Source of the DNA: Takakia lepidozioides
Taxonomy: Eukaryota; Plantae; Bryophyta
NCBI GenBank assembly: GCA_030704615.1
Contig: CM060734.1
Span: forward strand, 15,686,001-15,750,000
Reading direction: 5' to 3'
Length of the DNA stretch: 64,000 nt
Made by a program: the position numbers and the translations under genes. This document shows positions 49,715 through 61,700 of this stretch, piece after piece (positions within the stretch are counted from its first letter, which is position 1; each line of letters opens with the position of its first letter). The notes beneath the pieces were generated by a model. The model did not search any database. It saw only the letters and a program-made list of their open reading frames with translations, and was not told the origin of the DNA.

Positions 49715-52700
49715 GTGACCAGTTATAATGTGAAGCCGGAAGGGCGAGAACCAGTCATGGACTTTGATGATTCTATGCCAGTAATCCAATTGAGAATTGG
49801 AAGCACAGAACTAACTGATGTACTGATAGATGGTGGTTCTGGAGTAAATATCATGACAGACCAATTAAGGAAGAAGCTTGGTCTAAGTAACATGAAACCA
49901 GCCCCATTTACAGTAACAATGGCAGATCAAAGAAGTGTGCAGCCATTGGGATTAATAAGAGGAGTTAAGATACAGATACAGAAAATGATCTTTATGATCA
50001 CAGTAACTGTATTAAAAATGGATGAAGTTTTGGAGCTTACTCCTTATTATTGGGACGTCTGTGGCTGAAACAGGCCAGGTATTCCATGACTGGAATTCTC
50101 AGTTACTAACCGTGCATAATGGGATACACGAGATACAAATTACCACAAAGAAATCTAGTAGATTACCTGCTACAAGAAGACCTCGAGGAGTCAGAGAGTA
50201 TGACTGGAGAGGAGGACTGGATGAGGAACAGGAAGCTACCCTATTAGCTGCACACCCAGAGTGGGAGCAGGTTGCAGAGATGCGGCTGGAAAGCCTAAGT
50301 GTTTGAGAGGTATCTGCTGTGGTGTAGTGACAGCAACACCAACTGAAGAGGAAACCAGCATTTACCCATCACATTTCTATGAAGAAAGAGAAGGAGAAAT
50401 AGAAATCCTAGAAGAACCAGCCACTGTGAGCTTACAGGATGAAGTGGTGACTGGTTGGACAATCACAGCTGATGAGCAGGTGAGAGAAGTAAATGTGGGA
50501 ACTAAAGAGGAACCGAGGATGGTGAAAGTAGGAGCTGATTTGGAGCCGGAATTCTTCGAAGAAGCTAAAAGCTTGTTCATCAAATACAGAGATGTATTTG
50601 CTTGGAGCTATGAGGATCTAAAAGGGATACCACCTGAAGTCTGTCAGCATAAGATTGAACTGGAACCAGGGTCAGTACCAATCAAGCAGGCGAGGTATAG
50701 AATGAATCCCAACTACGCACAGAAGATTGGAGAAGAGATAAAGAAGTTGGCTGAGGCTAAGTTTATATACCCAATAGAGTATACAACTTGGTTGTCACCC
50801 ATTGTAATAGTTCCCAAGAAGAATGGCAACTAAGAGTATGTGTGAACTATAAGAAGCTGAATGCTTGTACGAAGAAAGATCCTTTCCCTTTGCCATTCAC
50901 AGAAGCAATTAGACACTGTGCAGGCCATGAGATGTACTCATTCATGGATGGCTTCTGTGGTTATAATCAAGTGCAAGTGGCGAGAAGACCAAGGGAAAAC
51001 AGCTTTCATCACAGACTGGGGGCTTATGCATACAAAGTCATGCCCTTTGGACTTTGTAATGCCCCCCCAGACCAGCGACTTTCAGAGAGTGATAAGCGAA
51101 TCTTTTCTGAGTTCGGATAATGTCATGCAGGTTTCTTGGATTGATTGTCAGGTGTTACAGCTCTAATCAGTGAGCACTTGTTCATAAATTTGTCAAGTGC
51201 AAGTGGCAGAAGAAGACCAAGGGAAACAGCTTTCATCACAGACTGGGGGGCTTATGCATACAAAGTCATGCCCTTTGGACTTTGTAATGCACCAGCGACC
51301 TTTCAGAGAGTGATAAGTGAATCTTTTCATGAGTATCTGGATGATTTCATGCAGGTATTCTTGGATGATTTCAGTGTGTACAGCTCTAAGAGTGAGCACT
51401 TGCATAAATTGGAGTTATGTTTGGCCAGATGCAGGATGAGAGGTCTGGGCCTGAATCCAGAGAAGTGTACTTTCTGTGTGAACTCAGGGGTGCTTCTGGG
51501 ACACATTGTGTGTAAGAAGGGACTCCTTGTGGATCCCAGAAAGACAGAGTCCATTAAAGCCTCTCCACCACCAGTGAATGTTAAAAGTCTACGGAGATTC
51601 CTTGGGCAAACCAGTTATTACAGGAGATTTGTCAAAAGGTATGCACAAATAGCAGCACCATTGAGCAAACTACTGAAGAAAGATGCAGTGTTTGCCTGGA
51701 CAGCTGAATGTCAACAGGCATTTGAGGAACTTACACTGTCAGTAACAACTACACCTGTGCTGATTAACCCTCACTGGCATGTAGTATTCCATGTTCACTG
51801 CGATGCATCAGGAGAAGCGTTGGGAGCGGTGTTAGCCCAGAATGTTACAGGGAATATAGATTCACCTGTGTACTATGCTAGCCGGTTGATGAACAGTGCT
51901 GAGAGGAACTATAGCACAACGGAAAGAGAAGCATTGGCAATGATCTATGCAGTGAAGAAATTCAGGCATTACCTGTTGGGCAAGAAGTTTATGTTCTATG
52001 TGGATCACCAGGCTCTGATATACCTGGTAAACAAACCTCTGATAAGCGGAAGAATAGCAAGATGGTTGATAATCTTGCACGAGTTTGAGTTCGAGGTTGT
52101 TACAAGCCTGGCCGACTGCATCTTGTGGCGGATCATTTGTCACGATTGTCAACAGGAGAACCAGCCACAGGAATAGATGATCAATTACCAGATGCGAGTC
52201 TATTTGCAGTGGAGGTGCAGGAAGTGCAGATGACTGGTTAGATTGGCAGTGGCCAATCAGATACTACCTTGCTCATGGTCAGTGCCCACCTAGTTATGGT
52301 AAGGAGAGAGGAAGAGAATCGCTATCAAAGCTTTACCTTATACTATGGTAGGAAGCAGAATGTATAAGTTAGGACCTGATGGAGTACTAAAACGATGCTT
52401 GTACCACCATGAAGTAAATAAAGTTTTGGCGGAAGTTCATAAAGGAGTGGCTGGAGGTCATTTTGGAGAAGAGACTACCAGTAGAAAGATACTACTCGCA
52501 GGATACTGGTGGCCTACTTTGTTCAAAGATGTACACGAGTATTGTCAGAAGTGTGATGAATGTCAGAGGCTAGGACCTTTGCAGAGATCTGGAGGATGGC
52601 CTTGCATCCTACAATGCCTACGGAACCATTTCAGAAATGGGGACTAGACTTTGTTGGACCAATTAACCCACCATCCAAGAATACACGAAACAGGTACATA

Positions 52701-53514
52701 ATTACAGCCACTGATTATACTACAAAGTGGGTGGAAGCTAAAGCTTTGAGGGACAACACAGCCAAGTCCACAGCAAGGTTCCTGTACGAGAACATACTTA
52801 CACGATTTGGCTGTCCCTTAGAATTTATCAGTGATCAAGGAAGTCACTTCATGAATGAGACCATTGAGTTGTTGACTAAAGAGTTTATGATTGTGCATAG
52901 AAAGAGTACAACATATTACCCACAGGGTAATGGGCAGGCAGAGGCTACCAACAAAATACTATGTACTATCTTGGCTAAGATAGTCAATGCAAACAGAACG
53001 GATTGGGATACAAAGCTGCTGACAGCTTTGTGGTCATACAGGACTTCATATAAAGTCACCACTAAGTATACACCATTCCAATTAGTTTATGGTATGGAAG
53101 CCTTACTTCCAGTGGAATTCCTGTTACCTACCATGAGAACGGAGTGGGGAAAAAGAATGGAATTGCAAGACTCCATCAAGGTCAGGAAACATGAATTATA
53201 CCATGTGGAAGAAGTACGTGCTGTGATGCAGCTGATAATATGACCAGAATTCAGATGAAGCGAAAGGAACAGTTTGATGAAGGCAAGTTAAAGACTTTTA
53301 AGACGGGGGATTTGGTTCTATGGTTGCAGAAGAAGAAAGAAAGATTCAAGCTTCTAAGCTTAAATCACCATGGAAAGGACCTTATGTCATACAAAAGATG
53401 TATGATAACAACACCGCCATGTTACAAACCATTAACAAAGAAATGCTGGGAAGAGTCAATGCAAATAAGTTGAAGGGGTACAGTGGTATCCATGACAAAC
53501 CCCTGCAAGCATGA
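49715..53514 (+). pseudogene. pol: protease, RT, RNase H, integrase with GPY/F tail
   Basis: VLIDGGSGVN; WLSPIVIVPKK, YKVMPFGLCNAPATFQ, VFLDDF; HCDAS..ALGAVL..ERNYSTTEREAL..VDHQAL; H..GGH..YWWP..CQKCDEC, WGLDFVGP, SDQGSHF, YPQGNGQAE, WKGPY; no chromodomain. Confidence 0.93.
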
Positions 53515-53624
53515 TTTGCATGTTGAACCGCAAGAGCAGTCACGGGCTGCACCAGTGTTACGAACGGAGTATGGAACACTTGTCGCTAGGCCCAGCATAT
53601 ATGACCAGGGTGGGCAAAACAAAC

Positions 53625-53955
53625 GTGACACATCCTATCACAGCCCTCAAGGCAAAGCACAGCCTATCACAGCCCATCACGACGTGACACAGCCTATCAA
53701 GCCCATCACGACGTGACACAGCCTATCACAGCCCATCACAACATGACACACCTATCACAGCCCAGCACGGCGCAACACAGCCTATCACAGCCCATCACGA
53801 CGTGACACAGCCTATCACAGCCCAGCACGGCGCAACACAGCCTATCACAACCTACCACAGCGTGTCACAGCCTATCACAGCTTACCACAGTGCATCACAG
53901 CCTATCACAGCGTAACACAGTATGACACAGCCTGTCACAGCTCAACACAGCCTAC
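53625..53955 (+). repeat. ~30-bp minisatellite after pol
   Basis: CACAGCCTATCACAGCCCATCACGACGTGA variants, ~10 copies. Confidence 0.85.
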
Positions 53956-54340
53956 TAAAGTTACACGATCCATAGAATCAGTGACAAGTGGACACATAAT
54001 AACTTCAGGAAAATGGCTGACGGAAGAGGAAACGGAAATTACTTTAAAAATAGACACGTGGAGGTCAGGGCGCGACACACAGCAAGAAGCCGAGAAGTGC
54101 AAGAACAGGTGTCAAAAAGAAAGAGGACAAGAACGGCCGTCAAAAGGGATGAAAGGCGGGCCCATTAATGAGTACGGAAAAAGGGAAACGGAACGAACGG
54201 CAAGTACAGAAAAGCGGAATTCTTGTCACATGTGTGATCCTAGTGGACTATCCAACAGGGAAAGTCCACTAAAGAAGATAAAATCTAAAATCCAGTCACA
54301 GCGGATACAGCCAATAGAAAACCAGAGAAAGGATCAAGAA

Positions 54341-57300
54341 AATGGAGGGAAATTGAGCGCAAGAGGCGGCGTCGTTCTGAGTAACGGGCGTCTCGACAGG
54401 ACAGACCATCAATGCTACCTTGGAAACTATGGAGGAACTAACAGACTATACGCTCGCAATATTACTTACGCAGTGGCATAGACACGAAAGGACAGAGCGG
54501 AGCTTTTCTCTTGAGCGATGCTTGCAAGCCCCGCAGGCTTACAAGAAATTACCCATAGCTTTCTGCGGCAACCATACGTTTATGCTTTGTGCACTACAGG
54601 CATTCCTGCAGTTGTTACAGCCAAAACAGTTCTGTGAGTCTAAAATGAAGAGAGTGAGAGGAATGGAGGAAATCAGGGTGAAGAGCACCACAATTCTGCA
54701 GAAACAAACGATTGCTACCCCACAGGCGATACAGATACTGGAGGAGCTGAGATTGCAAGGATTGCAGGTCGGCCAGTTATTGACGTTCTGATTGCCATGA
54801 ACAGAACCAACAGTATTGAGGGTCGGCCAGTTATTGACGTTCTGATTGCCATGAACAGAACCAACAGTATTGAGCAGATCTTCACGTAGAAATACTCAAG
54901 GCCTGAGGGACAAGAGGTACAATGGGCGGACATAATGTAAACGCCTGGTAAGGAGATGAAAAGATTACAAGGTACTACGCAAGTCTCCTATCATAGTGTC
55001 TGGCCCAATCATTGCTCAAATAATCCTTGATTTCTGGCATACTTGATGCACAAGAAAGGAAGAAAATGGGAGTGTTTGAGCAGAAAACAACTGCAATGGA
55101 AGAGCGAGGCTCTTCACACAGTGAGGTTGGACTAGCAGGGCAACCCGAGACTAAGAGGCAGAGACGGGGAAAGACTGTATGGGCGGATCACTGCTTCACG
55201 GATTCCGCATGATAATGTTTCCCAAGCTCATGGCCAGAAGGGCACAGCAGCACAGAGAATGCTATTACGGGAAGCAGGACCTTCAGAGAGGGAGGAAGTT
55301 CTTCTGCATCACAACCATCACAGCCACCTGAACGACTTGTCACAAGGTCACAAGTTATCCATGCAGCTCAACCAGAAATAATTGATTTGGAAAGTGAAGG
55401 GTTAGATATTCCAACTACAGAACAATAGTGCAGAAATAGAGAAGGGGACCTTCTCTATGATATTCTGGTCTTGTCAAGAGACAGAATCCCAGAGGTGCAA
55501 CAGTTGCCAGGGAAATCCTGAGGTGCATAATAATACACACACTGTTCGGAGGTACCACAGGCGGAAGGTCATGACACTGTAGCACCGTGATAGTGAAGTA
55601 GTTCAGGAAAAATCCGTGGGACAATGGCCTGAATGTTTAGTGAACATCACACTATTGAAGATCAGGAGAACAGCCAGCAACCTCCCATGATGACCCTCAA
55701 CAGGCAATGCTGATGAGTTCCATAGGCAGGACACTTAAGTTGTGGGGACTTATGTCAAATCCCATGTTCCAATTACCCAATTGACAGCCTTGAGAGAGGA
55801 ACTCAGGAGGAGTTTGAGGCTCGACTTGCCACTGAGTGTGCAAACAGGTCGATGAAGAGGTCCTCTCAAGATGAAGCAGGACTTGAAATACAGAAATGGC
55901 TTTGCAATTGGCCAAGGAACCATTGATTGAGGCAGGCCTCGCGCAAGACCAGTTGCACGAAGCACATAGCAACAGCTATACCAAATGCAGGTGCAGCATG
56001 AAAGCAAGTTTGCAAGAACTGAATGCACTACATACGGAGTTGCAAACAGTGCATAACAGGATGGCGATACAATGTGCTACATTTACAACTATGCTTGACC
56101 AATCTACAAAAGAAATAAACAGTCAAGCGAAAAATGTACGAAGGCAAGAAGAAGAAATGTTGAGCAAATGAAGCTCATTGTCGATATGAAGAATACAATC
56201 TGTCGCAATGAAGATACTTTCAAGCAATACAGCAGATTGAAGCTGATCAAGAGAAGCACATCGTGGAGTTGCAACAAACCTCATGGCCAATAGAAATGAA
56301 ATCGCGGTCAAAACAAGGCTTGAAGAAGCCAATAATCTACTTGCTGCTTCTGCGCATTGGTTGAACCTCAGGCGAAGCGCATGGAGGCTTTACAACAGCA
56401 GTTGGAATTGTACAAGCTAAGAGAGGAGCAAACTCTCAGAGGAACCACAAGCAACTTGGTGGATAACAGCCTTATGCAGGTCTGGTTAGCACAAGGGCCA
56501 GTAGATGGCAAAGCACCACGGAAGCTCACCCAAAGCGAGATGATGAGCTCACAGGCTGCAGGTGCAGACATTGCCACAACTACTATAGACAATTCTATAG
56601 TAGGATAGCAGAGTTACAATGGATGTAGACGGACTCCAGACTCAAGTGGAAGACCTCACTTCAAACATCAACCAAGAGTCTGTATCCCTCAGGAACAGCT
56701 AATGGCTTCTATTTACAAGCCAGAACTTTGGCTTTTCAGTCTTCACAGGAGGTGCAGGAGATGCCAATGATACAAGAGCCAGTACCACCACCACCACAAC
56801 AAGTCACTGTACCAGTAGCTGAACCTGTGGTTACTACAACCCACCACAGCCACCACAGCCGAGGTATGGGTCAATGCCGCTTTTAACCCACCTAAAACTC
56901 CAGCTGCAAGGAGTACAGTAGGGCTATGATTATGCCCTTCAACCAAATTCCCATCATGTTGGATTTGGCTTGGAAAGAATTTAGTCCTCCGCAGTCATTC
57001 GCACATTACTACCAAATCATGCGTATTTGGCTGCCAGTGGCAACTAGACTAAAGTTCTTCCGAACAATCGACATATTGAAGATCATCACTTTGCACAATA
57101 CTGGCACGAAGCAGGTACCATGTTGAGGGAATTGATTGCTTTCCAGGTTGTACATGGACTCATTTATCCAAGACCAAGGAGATAGCAAGTATTGTCATGG
57201 GTGCGGGTTATACTACGCTGCTTGTTTTCTGGTACGTTACCACATTGAGCAACAAAAGATGCAAACACTCTTTCTGAGTTATTCCAGTGGAGATCATTGG

Positions 57301-57800
57301 GTATTACCTTTCGGTGCCACCTCATATGTACCTATATGACCCAAAGGTTATGATGCAAAAGGATTCTCAAATTCGTCATGGTTTCAAGCGGCCTGGAACC
57401 ATTTGTCAACCAAAAATTCGGCATTGATGACATTTTCTATAAGGGACATGTGCATGGAAGTACTTGCACGCTGCACCAGTAATGGTACCCCACTCACCTG
57501 GACAGACAAGGCTCAGTGTCTACACCAATTTTGCTGTTCAGCGGTTACACCAGTTGTAAAATACAACTTCCAGACATGGTAGGACAGCATTGTATGCCCC
57601 AGATGATTCCACAAAAAGTTCGAAAATTAAAACATCTGAGAGGCGATGAGGATTCTGATACAACTGTTTCTTCACCGAATTCTTTTGACATGGAGAAGAC
57701 TATGCAGTTCAGATGGCAGAAGAGAAGCGAAGGGGGTCTCCTATGCCGAAAGGTTACCTCCATATCAGCCTCCAGAGGGCCTCACTTATCCAGGTAGTGA
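54341..57800 (+). pseudogene. Extra sense-strand ORF(s) between integrase and PPT
   Basis: Chain of + ORF fragments (54420, 55027, 55896, 56357, 56926, 57136, 57516) with coiled-coil and Cys/His/aromatic segments; exact 54-bp tandem duplication at 54767-54874. Confidence 0.5.
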
Positions 57801-57950
57801 TCAACCATCTCCGTCAACCAGAGACAGACCTCGGCTCGTACACACAGTCCGCCACGAAACTCTCAACGTCAAGAAGGTGCTCACTCACAAAGGTTTGCTA
57901 GTCGAAATCAATAAACCGTGAGGACACGGCTTTTGGAGGGGGAAGGGTAA

Positions 57951-58751
57951 TGTTAGAGGATTGTCGGGGACTTAGACACTTATAAGGGATCTGTAGGGTA
58001 CCCTTAATTTTTGCACAGACTGAGACCAACAGGAGCCTTAGGGGTGACAGCAGCGCACTGTAGAAGGGGGTTACACAGCCGTCACAGTCGTCACAGCCCA
58101 CAAGCAACACAGCCCGTCACAGTCGTCACAGCCCGTCACAGTCGTCACAGTCGTCACAGCCCACAGCCACACAGCCGTCACAGTCGTCACAGCCGACACA
58201 GCAACACAGCCTCACAGTCGTCACAAGCCCACAGCCAACACAGCCCGTCACAGTCGTCACAGCCGACACAGCCACACAGCCCCGACACATTCGTCACAGC
58301 AGACACAGCCGACACAGCCACACAGCCAGTCACAGCCCGACACAGCCAACAGTCGCACAGCCAGTCACAGCCCTTCACAGTTTCACACAGCCGTCACAGC
58401 TTGACACAGCTGTCACGATCATAGGGAACGAAGAGTAGGACAGGGAACTGACGTGGGAACAACACCTGCGAAGGGAACATGTTAGTTCACAGACGACGGT
58501 TAGTGAGGGAAACGGTTAGAACCGCGGATAGGAAGATAAGGGAGAAACGGGAATTGAGGGACATCATTCGAGGAGGACTTCTTGGTGATAGAGGAGAGGG
58601 ATCGGGCAGAGATGAGGAACGGAAGTGAAGATAGAGAGATGATGATATTGTAGAGCAATTAGAGACACAATGGCTTCGGCCTGATACCTGATAAATCATA
58701 ATCGGATATTTTTACGATACAATCACACTGTGTAGAGAGATCTGAGTGAAG
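57951..58751 (+). repeat. 3' LTR, truncated by ~87 bp
   Basis: Matches 45604-46407, then switches to array sequence GGAAGAAGAGGCCAGTG. Confidence 0.88.
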
Positions 58752-61700
58752 GAAGAAGAGGCCAGTGAAGGAACCCTCAATTCCCGAGGTCATAAAGTAA
58801 CAATCAGGAAAGAATCTTATATCAAACTTTTAGTGTTTACCCACCCCTTGTTTTGGTAAAACATGTGTACAAAACCAAAGGGAGGTATTGGGACTTAGGT
58901 AATGAAGTCTGGCAGGGTTTACCACCTGGTATTCAGACAAAACATCTACCAGCAGCATATCAGAATTGGGTATTTTTATGGTGCTATAAAGAGCAAAGCC
59001 ATAACCAGGAGAAACATAGAAACATTTGAGCCAAAGAAAAGGAAACTCATTCGTATCATAAGGTATCTAATCTGACATAAGGCATCGGCTACATGGGACC
59101 GGCAAACAAGAGTAATGTGCACTGACCGGATCATGTATGAGGTGTACACGTCTACTCCAGCAGGCTGTCGTACCAAGGCCTAGCTCCAAATTTCAGCATT
59201 CAGAAGCCCTATAGATGTTCTATGCTTATCTCAGGTACCTTCAAGGAGCGCCTTTACTCTCCATGCCCAATTAGCCAACATATTTTTGCTGGAGAAGATC
59301 TTACCTTATGAAGGACTTGCTTGCTCCACACCATGGTCATGGCGGTAGAGGAGGCTGATATCTCATGGCTTTGGCCTTCCCATTGCCTTGGGTTCATCAC
59401 TTCAATCAGGAACATATTTGATAACCTTTTGTCATGCTCAGACCAAGGTGTTAGTAAATCAAACATAAAACTGAAAACAGAAGGGAGATTGGTTGATGAT
59501 GTGTACAAGAACCACCAAGTACACCGGTCTAAATCAGAGAGGGAAGATACTTATGTCTTGTCGAGACATGGACAAAGACCTGACAAGGTCATTGTAAAAT
59601 TAACGACAAATCAGCCTCATAACAAGGCATTATCAACCATTCTTCATTCACAAGTCAGATTTATGACAAATCCCAGACTTCAAAGTCAATGAAGTCTCTG
59701 GTGTGGGGGGGGGTGGGGAAAAATTAGAGACTCGATTACCACTGTTCATAGTAGGAAACCATTGTTCAGCATGCTAAAAAGTGCCATTCATACATGCCAT
59801 GTCATTCAGTCTGTATTTTTTTGGTCAGCTTACATACCAAGGCATAACCAAACCATCCTCATTTATTGTTGGCCCAAAAACTAGTATAGTTTTGGGTTCT
59901 TTGTATCATTGGACCTAGCCCATATTTTTGGGTACCACATGTGTACAAAACCAATGGGGGTAGGTTTAGGCAATGAATTTTTCTGCCATTGGCATGTTCC
60001 AAGTTGGCAAGTTGTGACACAAACGAAGGTACATCAACACATACATCAAATGTAGAGTTTTACCTTTTAGTTTATATATAAGCTCTGGTGACCGGAAGAA
60101 GAGGCCAGTGAAGGAACCCTCAATTCCCGAGGTCATAAAGTAACAATCAGGAAAGAATCTTATATCAAACTTTTAGTGTTTACCCACCCCTTGTTTTGGT
60201 ATAAACATGTGTACAAAACCAAAGGGGCAGGTATTGGGACTTAGGTAATGAAGTCTGGCAGGGGTTTACCACCTGGTATTCAGACAAAACATCTACCAGC
60301 AGCATATCAGAATTGGGTATTTTTTATGGTGCTATAAAGAGCAAAGCCATAACCAGGAGAAACATAGAAACATTTGAGCCAAAGAAAAGGAACTCATTCG
60401 TATCATAAGGTATCTAAATCTGACATAAGGCATCGGCTACATGGGACCGGCAAACAAGAGTAATGTGCACTGACCGGATCATGTATGAGGTGTACACGTC
60501 TACTCCAGCAGGCTGTCGTACCAAGGCCTAGCTCCAAATTTCAGCATTCAGAAGCCCTATAGATGTTCTAATGCTTATCTCAGGTACCTTCAAGGATGCC
60601 TTACTCTCCATGCCCAATTAGCCAACATATTTTTTGCTGGAGAAGATCTTACCTTATGAAGGACTTGCTTGCTCCACACCATGGTCATGGCGGTAGAGGA
60701 GGCTGATATCTCATGGCTTTGGCCTTCCCATTGCCTTGGGTTCATCACTTCAATCAGGAACATATTTGATAACCTTTTGTCATGCTCAGACCAAGGTGTT
60801 AGTAAATCAAACATAAAACTGAAAACAGAAGGGAGATTGGTTGATGATGTGTACAAGAACCACCAAGTACACCGGTCTAAATCAGAGAGGGAAGATACTT
60901 ATGTCTTGTCGAGACATGGACAAAGACCTGACAAGGTCATTGTAAAATTAACGACAAATCAGCCTCATAACAAGGCATTATCAACCATTCTTCATTCACA
61001 AGTCAGATTTATGACAAATCCCAGACTTCAAAGTCAATGAAGTCTCTGGGTGGGGGGGGGTGGGAAAAATTAGAGACTCGATTACCACTGTTCATAGTAG
61101 GAAACCATTGTTCAGCATGCTAAAAAGTGCCATTCATGACATGCCATGTCATTCAGTCTGTATTTTTTGGTCAGCTTACATACCAAGGCATAACCAACCA
61201 TCCTCATTTATTGTTGGCCCAAAAACTAGTATAGTTTTGGGTTCTTTGTATCATTGGACCTAGCCCATATTTTTGGGTACCACATGTGTACAAAACCAAT
61301 GGGGGTAGGTTTAGGCAATGAATTTTTCTGCCATTGGCATGTTCCAAGTTGGCAAGTTGTGACACAAACGAAGGTACATCAACACATACATCAAAATGTA
61401 GAGTTTTACCTTTTAGTTTATATATAAGCTCTGGTGACCGGAAGAAGAGGCCAGTGAAGGAACCCTCAATTCCCGAGGTCATAAAGTAACAATCAGGAAA
61501 GAATCTTATATCAAACTTTTAGTGTTTACCCACCCTTGTTTTGGGTAAAACATGTGTACAAAACCAAAGGGGGCAGGTATTGGGACTTAGGTAATGAAGT
61601 CTGGCAGGGGTTACCACCTGGTATTCAGACAAAACATCTACCAGCAGCATATCAGAATTGGGTATTTTTTATGGTGCTATAAAGAGCAAAGCCATAACCA

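Larger units (their letters stand above)
45604..58751 (+). mobile_element. Ty3/Gypsy LTR retrotransposon (non-chromovirus), 13.1 kb
   Basis: LTRs start TGTTAGAGGA at 45604 and 57951; PPT TTTTGGAGGGGGAAGGGTAA at 57931-57950; domain order gag-PR-RT-RH-INT. Confidence 0.95.
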
